Source: Promethearchaeota archaeon (lineage in GTDB: Archaea; Asgardarchaeota; Lokiarchaeia; Sigyniarchaeales; SOKP01). Taken from it: a stretch of DNA of 32,000 nucleotides. A model generated the notes under the pieces. The model ran no database searches, was not told where the DNA came from, and was given only the letters and a program-made list of their open reading frames with translations. The stretch is taken from positions 120,001 to 152,000 of the forward strand of contig JAUWGH010000006.1 of NCBI GenBank assembly GCA_030606485.1. The letters run 5' to 3'. The position numbers and the translations under genes were made by a program. Below, one piece after another: positions 8,072 through 16,397 of the stretch (position 1 is its first letter; the number at the start of each line of letters is the position of its first letter).

Positions 8072-11000
8072 TTGAAAAAAATATTTAATCGAAATTATAA
8101 AAAAATCTTAATTCTTAGCAGTTTAATGATTATATTATATCTAAATTTTATTACATTTGGTAATATCATAAATGAGTATGTTTATTTTAATAACTATGAT
8201 GACGAAACAAATGAGTTTTTTCAAAATGATAGTATAAGGTCTCAAGATTATTTTGAGCAGCATTTTGATAATATAGAATGGCTTAAAAATAATACTTTTG
8301 ATCCCCCCGTAACTGAATGGTATAATACAACAGAAGGAGATATTACAGATGTAAATGCATCATTAAGTCCAGGTGTGGCAAATTTTGAGGTTCTAGGAGA
8401 TTCGGGAGAAATTAAAATCGATGATCCCTTTGATGACACCAATTGGACGCGTTTCAACAATCCAGAATTCCCAGTTTTACCTGATACTGCTTTAATTAAT
8501 TCAGCTGGCTGTTATATTGCCCATACATGGAATGAAAATGATAATCAAACTCGTAATACTCCTAGTGCCAATTGGAAAAGAAATATCGAAATGCCTGTTA
8601 ACATGTCAGATTATAAAATCACCTCCGCGTCACTTGAGGCAGTATTTAATGCATCTGTACAAGCAACACCTCTTATTGGAGGTATTGAGTGCCCCGGTGA
8701 TTATACTAATGGTCCAGGAAGTGATCCCCAATTTGCTACGGGTGATCAGGCAAAATTTTATGTCTTAATTTCAGATGTTGATCAAATCCAAGAATATAGA
8801 ATAGCATATAATCAAACCATTGATTTAGGACAAGATCTGGGTCCAATTGAAAGTTATGGTGAAACCCAAATGAATTATATTCCAGAGAACGTATTAATTG
8901 ATCTATTAACAGCGATTTTACAATACGATGATTATAACTTTACTATTACTGTAGGAATTGATTTATACTGTGAAGATAATGAATATGGTGCGGATATAGA
9001 CACATGGAACTATTTAATTATCAGATCTCTCAATTTAACTATTACTTACGAAAAATGGGTGAATCAATTTACATCAGTATCTTGGTGTCAAGATGGAGAT
9101 AAAATAAGCGGAACCAATGTCATTATTAAAAACGCCACACTTAACTTTAAATATAAAATTGATCAAAACTGGACTGACTCATCTCCAAATTCCGAAATTA
9201 GAATTTTAATTAATAATTTGTTGCATTCGGAAACCGTTAAATTAAGTACGGCTAATACCTCCTTTCAAGACGCAAAAATTGGTGGATTTGATGTCTCTTC
9301 TTTAATTCCAATAAATGAAAACATTAATACAACAATTCAAGTATATCTCGCAGATACATTTGCATTAGATCAGAAAATCAATATTTCAATTGATGATGTT
9401 TACCTTAAAATTTCTTATAAAATAATTACAATCGGAGAACAAACAGATTTTGTATTGTTTTTAAATGGAGAAAATAAAACTCTGGGAAAATTTCTTAAAG
9501 TTCCTTACGGGGATCCTATAAATATTACTATGAAATACATCAATTTATCGAGAGACTTTATACCGGGTGCAGATGTAACATTAACAGGGCTGGATGGTGT
9601 TAAAGATTTAGATGAAAATGGTCTACATGAACATTATAATATAACGCTCGATACAGGAACTTTTTCACTTGGAGAACATATTTTTACATTATATGCATAT
9701 AAGGAAGGTTATGATCCTCAAGAGATTTCACTTACTATAGAAATAATTGAAAGGACTACTTTTCTTGACGAAATTCACCTAAATCAGACAGAAACTAAAA
9801 TAATTGCATTTCCGTATGGGGAACCTTTGAATATCACAGTAGCATATAGAGATAATGCCACTAAAAATTTCATCGAAGGAGCTGAAGTAAAATTATTTGA
9901 TGGGGAGGATCTTAAAGGAACTTTCGATCAACAACTACCCTATGAACAATATAATCTTACGATAAATACTACTGATATTGGAATTGGATCGAGTCTTTTG
10001 ACAATTTATGCAAGTCAAGATAATTATTCAGCTTCTTTTGATACAATAATAACTGTTATAGAAATGAAAACGGAATTACATCTAGAAATAAATGGTAGTG
10101 AAATATTATATAATGAAGTTTACGAACTTCAAGTAAATGAGTCAATACTACTTACAGTTAACTATACAGACTATTATACTGGGGATCATATTGGGAGTGC
10201 AAATGTATCATTAACAGGGGCAGATATTTCGGAAAATTTAACAGAAAACATAGCATTAAAGCATTATAACATAACTTTGCACGCAGTAAATTTAACTAAA
10301 GGATTTAATTTTTTAACAATTATTGCCCAAAAAGAAGATATTATGCCTCAAGCCATTTCGTTTTCAATTAATATAATTGAGAGAAAAACGGTTCTAAACC
10401 TATTAATCAATGATACGGATATAACAACAACTAAAACTTATGTATTTCAAATAGGGGAAACTATAAACATTAAAGTGGATTATACAGACATTGAAACTGG
10501 ACAATTTATTGACGTTGCAACCATAGAAATAACGGGAGGAGGCATTTCAGCTACTTTAAATGAATATAGTAATTATTATTTGATCACCATAAGCGCAGAA
10601 GATTTAACTCAAGCAATCAACTTTATAAGAATTCTTGCCGAAAAGAAAAATTATCAACCTCAACCTATTGAGTTTAGAATTGATGTTATTGAAAGACAAA
10701 CATATGCAAGTTTCTTATTGAATCAGATAAATAAAACGCTTGATAAGACAATGGAACTTCCAATAGGTGATAATTTAAACATTACTTTTAAATATTTTGA
10801 CGCTAAGACGGGGGAGTATATCAATAATGCAACAGTGCAACTAATAGGAACGGATATTCCTTTGAATTTAACGGAATATTCTCAATTACAACATTATTCG
10901 CTAAATATAGATACAAGAAATTTGACTCGGGTTCAATTTTTAACTATTGTTGCTGAAAAGACGAATTATCAACCCTCATCAAACGTTCTGAAGATAACAG

Positions 11001-11752
11001 TTAGACAAATAAAAACAAATATTTCTGTGGTATCTGGAGAAGTTGTGAATATAGGAGTTGGTGGATCTCATCTTATCAATATTACTATATATGATATAGA
11101 CAATAATGTATCCTTAACCAATGTTACTGTCAGGTTCTCGGGTGATTTAGGCCAAGGAGTTCTTATTGAAGATCCAAATAATCCGGGTTCCTATCAAGCA
11201 TATTTTGAAAATGTAGGGCTTGGTACTTATAGAATTATTATAATTGTTACTGAAAGCAGCGGTGATTATTCATTTGAAGATAAAGAGGTTACATTGAGTG
11301 CAACTATATCTGAAGGAGAAGTCATGTTAATTTGGGGTAGTTTGATAGCATCTATCGTTGCTGCTATTACGATAGGGGGCTATTTCATTGCATATCAGAG
11401 ATACCTTAAATATCCAAAACCAGTTAGAAAGGTTCATAAATTCAAAAGGACTCTAAAGAGGAAATCAACCCCATCAGTAGATATTATTAGTCGTGATGAT
11501 TCATTCAAATCTCTACATAAAGAAGGATTGGGAAAAGTATCTAGATTAAAACCAGGTAAACTAGAAGAAGATAAACTTCCATCAGTCGATATAAAATCTG
11601 AAGCTAAATTTGCAGAAGAAACTCCGTCAACTAAAACGCAACCCGAAATTAAACCTCCTGAAAAAAGCCTGGTTTCTGATGAAAAGTTAAAAAAAAAATC
11701 TGACAAATCAAAAGATAAAACGTTAAACAAATCCAGTAAGACAGATAATTAA
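8072..11752 (+). CDS. Large single-pass cell-surface glycoprotein with about 6 Ig-like repeats, copy 1
   Basis: N-terminal basic-then-hydrophobic signal segment; roughly 105 aa repeats (T.L.L.N...NITV.Y.D...G..I..A.V.L.G...Y.ITI....L..G...LTI.A.K.NY); many NxS/T sequons; C-terminal TM near 11321-11392 and a charged cytoplasmic tail. Confidence 0.85.
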   Translation: MKKIFNRNYKKILILSSLMIILYLNFITFGNIINEYVYFNNYDDETNEFFQNDSIRSQDYFEQHFDNIEWLKNNTFDPPVTEWYNTTEGDITDVNASLSPGVANFEVLGDSGEIKIDDPFDDTNWTRFNNPEFPVLPDTALINSAGCYIAHTWNENDNQTRNTPSANWKRNIEMPVNMSDYKITSASLEAVFNASVQATPLIGGIECPGDYTNGPGSDPQFATGDQAKFYVLISDVDQIQEYRIAYNQTIDLGQDLGPIESYGETQMNYIPENVLIDLLTAILQYDDYNFTITVGIDLYCEDNEYGADIDTWNYLIIRSLNLTITYEKWVNQFTSVSWCQDGDKISGTNVIIKNATLNFKYKIDQNWTDSSPNSEIRILINNLLHSETVKLSTANTSFQDAKIGGFDVSSLIPINENINTTIQVYLADTFALDQKINISIDDVYLKISYKIITIGEQTDFVLFLNGENKTLGKFLKVPYGDPINITMKYINLSRDFIPGADVTLTGLDGVKDLDENGLHEHYNITLDTGTFSLGEHIFTLYAYKEGYDPQEISLTIEIIERTTFLDEIHLNQTETKIIAFPYGEPLNITVAYRDNATKNFIEGAEVKLFDGEDLKGTFDQQLPYEQYNLTINTTDIGIGSSLLTIYASQDNYSASFDTIITVIEMKTELHLEINGSEILYNEVYELQVNESILLTVNYTDYYTGDHIGSANVSLTGADISENLTENIALKHYNITLHAVNLTKGFNFLTIIAQKEDIMPQAISFSINIIERKTVLNLLINDTDITTTKTYVFQIGETINIKVDYTDIETGQFIDVATIEITGGGISATLNEYSNYYLITISAEDLTQAINFIRILAEKKNYQPQPIEFRIDVIERQTYASFLLNQINKTLDKTMELPIGDNLNITFKYFDAKTGEYINNATVQLIGTDIPLNLTEYSQLQHYSLNIDTRNLTRVQFLTIVAEKTNYQPSSNVLKITVRQIKTNISVVSGEVVNIGVGGSHLINITIYDIDNNVSLTNVTVRFSGDLGQGVLIEDPNNPGSYQAYFENVGLGTYRIIIIVTESSGDYSFEDKEVTLSATISEGEVMLIWGSLIASIVAAITIGGYFIAYQRYLKYPKPVRKVHKFKRTLKRKSTPSVDIISRDDSFKSLHKEGLGKVSRLKPGKLEEDKLPSVDIKSEAKFAEETPSTKTQPEIKPPEKSLVSDEKLKKKSDKSKDKTLNKSSKTDN
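9437..11305 (+). repeat. About six tandem Ig-like domain repeats (approximately 105 aa each)
   Basis: Repeat junctions IEIIE-RTT, ITVIE-MKT, INIIE-RKT, IDVIE-RQT and ITVRQ-IKT are visible in the translation; boundaries are approximate. Confidence 0.75.
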
Positions 11753-11977
11753 TATTAATCTTATTTAATTTTACTCTCTTTTTTTGATTTTATATTATTT
11801 TTTCTTAATATTGTTTAAGTTTACAAATTTTAATTTTTTCTATGATTAGATATGCTTCAACATAATATTTAGTGGTTATTGATGAAGTTAAATGCATATT
11901 ATTTGAAAAAACCTATTGAGGTTGCTAAATAGGAAGCATACTTTAAAAATTTAGAAGATAAAATATTAAGAAGATTG

Positions 11978-11995
11978 AAAAAAAGAGAAAAGAAA
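11978..11995 (-). terminator. Possible oligo-T terminator for the 12011-14218 gene
   Basis: On the minus strand, TTTCTTTTCTCTTTTTTT follows about 15 nt after the stop codon. Archaeal terminators are T-tracts, but T-tracts are common in this AT-rich DNA. Confidence 0.3.
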
Positions 11996-12010
11996 CAATC
12001 CTTTTTTTCT

Positions 12011-14218
12011 TTATAAATTCATTTTCTTTTTCCAAAAATTCAATTTTTTCTCTAATTCTTTTTGTTCTTCATTATTTAATACATTTAGTTGAGTAGTAAG
12101 AGGAGGGATAGTATTTTTTATGCCAATTAAAACTCCCAAAAATCCTTTGATCTTCAAAATAGCACCTTGTAATTTTATTAACTGTTTGGAAATTTCTACA
12201 CCAGTTTTTTTCTCAAGCTGGTTTTTTATAAATTCAAAATAGTTTGCTAAATCATTGAGTGTTGTTATTTCAGAACTTTCAACCTCAGCAGAAACTATGT
12301 TTTCTTTTTCTCGAATTATTTTTTTTTCAGGAATTTGAGTTTGTACTGAAGTAGATTGAGCGGTCTTCATTGGTTCTAGTTTTTGAGGTTTTATATTTAT
12401 GGGAGTTTCCATTTTATCTTTTGTTTCAATTTGTCCTTTTATCTCTATCTTTTTAGATTGGAAGGATGGTTGAGTCGGTTGGGGGCTTACAGGTATTTGT
12501 TCTGAAGGTTTAGTACCTCTTCTTTCAAGGACATGGAAAATTTCTTTACGTGCTCCAATCCAAGCCTCTTCTAAAATCGGTGCAAATATTTTTATATGTT
12601 CTTCAATTATGCTGCCAATGCCAGCAATTTCAGTTATCTCCTTACCTCCAACTTCCGATTTTGATACTACACAGAGTACAACTTCTTCATGATCTTTATT
12701 AACTCCCCATAAGTTTTGCATTTCTCGATGCCTATAGGTGACATTTTGCATCTGGTCTAATTCTTGTAAAATCGCTACGTGAGCGGAAGAAGAAGGATCT
12801 ATATTGGTCGCAATCCTGATGTTTATAAATTTTGGAATTTTCTGAAGGGCATTAACATCAATATCTGTGAGTTGAGGAGTAATAATTAATAACCTCATTT
12901 TTGCTTTTGAAATTTGTTCATTAATATGAGCTTTCGCACTTTCAATAGATCCTATAAACCAAATATCTCTCATCGTAAATTGCGAAACTCTTTTAGATCT
13001 ATCCCAAAACTCTCTGGTGGTTATGTCGCTAATCTCTAATCTATTTAGAATTTTTTTTAAAACATCTTCAAAGGTTTTAATAACTCTAATTGAAAAATCA
13101 TTTCTTAAGTTGCTAAATGATTCTAAAATCGCTTCAGAAATTCCTGAAAGCTTCTCTTCTGCCATTATTATTGTTTTATTAAAATTTATACTTATATTAC
13201 CAAAAATATTTTTCATATTTTCTCCAGTCTGTGCCGTAGAGTTAGTGATATCATTCATATTGTTAATCATTGTTCCTAATATTTTATTTAATTTTAAAAT
13301 AAATTGTTCATTGAACTCTTTATTAATCTCCTCTAATCCTATTTCAAAAACTTTTTGAATTATCTGCTCTACGGTTTTTTGAATAACTCCAAGACGTAAA
13401 TTTTTCAGATTTAGGGAAATCTTTTTCTGTATATCATTAAATTTTTTACTTAGATTTTCAATTTGTGTTTCCATAATCTTTCTTGTTTCATCCTCAAGAC
13501 CTCCAATTACCTCAGTAATCGCTTTTATTTTATCGATTTCGGCTAAACCATTCTCAAAATCTGCTTTTTGAGAACTCATTTTTGATAACATATCTTCATT
13601 TAAATTATTCATAAAATCGCTATAATCTTTAAGCTTTTTAACACCTTCAGCTTTTGATTCCATTTGAGCTAATGATTGTTTTAATTGAGGTGGAACCTTT
13701 TCTATAATATCACTTATAAACGAGTTAAAATTTTTTAATTGACTTATTAAGGCAGCATAAGGAGGTAGCGCAGCATAATGTGGTGTACCTCCAATGACTT
13801 TTTTATATAATCCCTTTTGAACAAATTTTTCAGCAATTGTTTCACATTCTTCTTTAGGTTTATCAATTAAAATCGATATTTCTCCAAGAGATACTGCAGG
13901 TCTCCCAGTTGTCAAGAAATATAATTCTATTTCCTCATCGGATAGTTCAATTTCGCTTAAAACTTGTCTAGTTAATTCACGAGAATAAGATACGTCTTTT
14001 TCTATAATATCTTCTATATTAAAATTTGCAATCTCTAAATTCTTATCAAAAAATACGATCAATCTATGTGGAGGTTCACCATGAATATTTTCTTTTCTAA
14101 TAGGAAATTCTGTAGTATTTTTATACTCTTCCGCTGTAATTACCAATTTTATTTCCTTTAAACAAGATTTGCATATAAAAGGGATTGTTATTTCTTCTTG
14201 ATCTTTAAATAAATACAT
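12011..14218 (-). CDS. Multidomain Zn-finger / TrmB-type wHTH / coiled-coil / degenerate PLD-like protein, copy 2
   Basis: FICKSC...HGEPPH; same domain order as 3299-5491; the wHTH segment is 67/77 identical to copy 1 by hand count. Confidence 0.7.
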   Translation of the reverse strand: MYLFKDQEEITIPFICKSCLKEIKLVITAEEYKNTTEFPIRKENIHGEPPHRLIVFFDKNLEIANFNIEDIIEKDVSYSRELTRQVLSEIELSDEEIELYFLTTGRPAVSLGEISILIDKPKEECETIAEKFVQKGLYKKVIGGTPHYAALPPYAALISQLKNFNSFISDIIEKVPPQLKQSLAQMESKAEGVKKLKDYSDFMNNLNEDMLSKMSSQKADFENGLAEIDKIKAITEVIGGLEDETRKIMETQIENLSKKFNDIQKKISLNLKNLRLGVIQKTVEQIIQKVFEIGLEEINKEFNEQFILKLNKILGTMINNMNDITNSTAQTGENMKNIFGNISINFNKTIIMAEEKLSGISEAILESFSNLRNDFSIRVIKTFEDVLKKILNRLEISDITTREFWDRSKRVSQFTMRDIWFIGSIESAKAHINEQISKAKMRLLIITPQLTDIDVNALQKIPKFINIRIATNIDPSSSAHVAILQELDQMQNVTYRHREMQNLWGVNKDHEEVVLCVVSKSEVGGKEITEIAGIGSIIEEHIKIFAPILEEAWIGARKEIFHVLERRGTKPSEQIPVSPQPTQPSFQSKKIEIKGQIETKDKMETPINIKPQKLEPMKTAQSTSVQTQIPEKKIIREKENIVSAEVESSEITTLNDLANYFEFIKNQLEKKTGVEISKQLIKLQGAILKIKGFLGVLIGIKNTIPPLTTQLNVLNNEEQKELEKKLNFWKKKMNL

Positions 14219-14412
14219 TTTTTATAATCCACATTTTTGTATTTTATTTTATCAAAATTTAAATTTCTCTAAATAAGCAAGATCTAATAAGTTAAAAGAA
14301 TTCTTAACTTTTTCTTGTGCTATTTTTAATTATATTATATATAAATTTTATCTAATATCACTAAAATTAAATATCCCAAAATATTTGAAATAAAAAAATA
14401 TTTTAAATATTA

Positions 14413-14452
14413 ACTCTATTAGCATCAAAATTATATTTATGGAATATAATAG
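14413..14452 (+). promoter_or_regulatory. Conserved upstream element (probable BRE/TATA promoter) of GTPase gene 1
   Basis: 34/40 nt identical to 16269-16308 and at nearly the same distance (88 vs 90 nt) from the inferred TTG start; contains an A-run followed by TTTAT. Confidence 0.5.
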
Positions 14453-14539
14453 AAATATTTAGAAATATTAATATAATCATTAAATCCAAATTTAATTTTT
14501 GTTAATTTTAAATAATTTGAATTATTGAGGAAAAGGTCT

Positions 14540-16168
14540 TTGTCAATAAATAAAGCTCCACTCTTTACTGAATTGTTTAAAAATTTTTTAGAAATTAATA
14601 AAGAATTAGAAGCCGTAATCGTCTCTGATGAAGATGGATTAATTATTGCTGGGGAAAAAAGAAAAGACATTGATCTGGAAATCATCTCTTTTTTAACCGC
14701 TGTCATCAATCCCGTCTTAGAACGGATTCGTAATGAATTTACCTTTAAAAAATTTGGTACTGCAAGTTTCGATACGGAGAATAATCGTTTATTATTTGTT
14801 TCTGTGGATAAATCGACAACTTTAAGTTTTATTTTGGAACAAATGGCTTCGGCTGATAAATTAGCGCCTTATGCATATTTTCTCGCTGAAAAGGTTGCGC
14901 AAATTCTTAATGCTATCGAAGGTGATTTAATACAACTATCAATTCCCAAATTTGAATACGAACCGAAATTTTCTGACTCCTCTGATAGATTAAAAAATCA
15001 AATATATCAGAGTAAATTGGATCACGGAGGAGATTATACTTTTAAATTCATAATAATCGGTGATCACAAAGTTGGAAAGACTTCAATAATTAGAAGGTTT
15101 GTAGAAAAGAAATTTTTAGCAGATTATCGTACAACTATTGGTCTTAACATTATGTCGCATAATTTTGAAGCTTTTGGAAATCAAATCAACTTGCTCCTTT
15201 GGGATATAGGCGCACAAAAATATTTTAAAAGATATCGAAAAACTTATTATAATGGTGTTCAAGCGGCATTTATCGTTTTTGACCTAACTGCTCCAGAAAC
15301 ATTTGAAAATGTAAAAACGTGGTACAAAGAGTTAAAAGAATTCAGTGAAAATAAAGATTTTCCAATTATAATAATAGGAAATAAAAATGATTTAACTGAA
15401 CAAAGAGTGATTAGCTACCAAGATGGTACAAAATTAGCAAGTGATTTATCTTATTTATCTGATTTCTCTGATCTATCTGAATTATCTGAATTCTCTGATT
15501 TATCTAATATAACAAATACAAAAATACCATATATTGAAACGAGCGCTTTAACTGGAGCTCATGTCGATGATGCTTTTAATTTAATTTCTTATCATTATAT
15601 ATTAAAGAGTACTGAAATAGAAGAAGAAAGATTAAAAAATAATATATTAAGCATTATTAAATCAATTTTAGAGGATAAAGGGTCTTTAACTCTATCTTTT
15701 ATCACGGAAGATCTATTATGGAGCCCTTGCTTACAGGTTTTAACAGATATAAGAAAATTAGGAGAATATTCAAAAGTTAAAGATAAAAAGATAGAAAAAT
15801 TATATAAATATCAAAATGGGTTAGTTTTAAAGAATTTTGTCTTTGAATCATTTAGTGTTTCTGATTCTGATGGTGTATTTTGTATATTTGATGCCAGAGA
15901 GAAAGAGCATATCAATCCAAATTGGAAAGAGATTGTAATTAAAATTATTAAAAAAATTAAAAAGAATAAAGTTATTTTAATTGGAATTAGAGTATCTGAA
16001 AAGTCAGAATGGTCACAATTGATGGAAGAATTTGATATCAACGAACAGGCGGAGGAAAAAATGATCTCACTCTTATTCTTTAAAATTGGACAAGAATATC
16101 GCTCGGAAATATACGAACAACTTGAAATTATGCTGGATACGATCAAAAATCTTCTTTTTGTTTATTAA
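14540..16168 (+). CDS. Roadblock/LC7 + Rab-like small GTPase + degenerate second G-domain, copy 1
   Basis: Roadblock AVIVSDEDGLIIAG; G1 GDHKVGKTS, G2 YRTTIG, G3 WDIGAQ, G4 NKND, G5 ETSAL; Rab-like YYNG. Start TTG 14540 is preferred over 14525 because it aligns with the paralogue start and follows GAGGA at 14527. Confidence 0.88.
   Translation: MSINKAPLFTELFKNFLEINKELEAVIVSDEDGLIIAGEKRKDIDLEIISFLTAVINPVLERIRNEFTFKKFGTASFDTENNRLLFVSVDKSTTLSFILEQMASADKLAPYAYFLAEKVAQILNAIEGDLIQLSIPKFEYEPKFSDSSDRLKNQIYQSKLDHGGDYTFKFIIIGDHKVGKTSIIRRFVEKKFLADYRTTIGLNIMSHNFEAFGNQINLLLWDIGAQKYFKRYRKTYYNGVQAAFIVFDLTAPETFENVKTWYKELKEFSENKDFPIIIIGNKNDLTEQRVISYQDGTKLASDLSYLSDFSDLSELSEFSDLSNITNTKIPYIETSALTGAHVDDAFNLISYHYILKSTEIEEERLKNNILSIIKSILEDKGSLTLSFITEDLLWSPCLQVLTDIRKLGEYSKVKDKKIEKLYKYQNGLVLKNFVFESFSVSDSDGVFCIFDAREKEHINPNWKEIVIKIIKKIKKNKVILIGIRVSEKSEWSQLMEEFDINEQAEEKMISLLFFKIGQEYRSEIYEQLEIMLDTIKNLLFVY
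15440..15511 (+). repeat. Eight imperfect 9-bp units (consensus TCTGATTTA) encoding S-[DE]-[LF] repeats
   Basis: agtgattta tcttattta tctgatttc tctgatcta tctgaatta tctgaattc tctgattta tctaatata. Confidence 0.85.
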
Positions 16169-16268
16169 TAAAGAAAACATTACAAACAAAAATTATCTTT
16201 TATTAGAAATTTTTAATTTAAAAAAATTTTATTTTAAAAATTTGACTTAAAAAATAATCTAAAAATTT

Positions 16269-16308
16269 ACTCTGTTAACATCAAAATTAAATTTATAAAA
16301 TATTATAG
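16269..16308 (+). promoter_or_regulatory. Conserved upstream element (probable BRE/TATA promoter) of GTPase gene 2
   Basis: Duplicate of 14413-14452; contains CAAAATTAAATTTATAAAA. Confidence 0.5.
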
Positions 16309-16397
16309 TAATAGTTAGAAATTTAATTTTTTTAATTATAATAATCTAAATTTAATTTTTATCAATACTAATTAATTTAAATTTTAGAGGAAATATT

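Noticed and set aside
8072-11752. Calling the surface proteins the S-layer protein or true cadherins/integrins
   Set aside because: There are no cadherin Ca-binding or integrin motifs and no evidence of abundance; only generic Ig-like repeats can be supported.
11912-11933. CCTATT-N10-AATAGG hairpin between convergent genes
   Set aside because: A 6-bp stem is within chance expectation.
15440-15511. 9-bp repeats or 315-bp repeats as a CRISPR array or mobile element
   Set aside because: They are in-frame coding repeats without unique spacers. No cas, transposase, integrase, tRNA or rRNA genes were recognised anywhere in the window.
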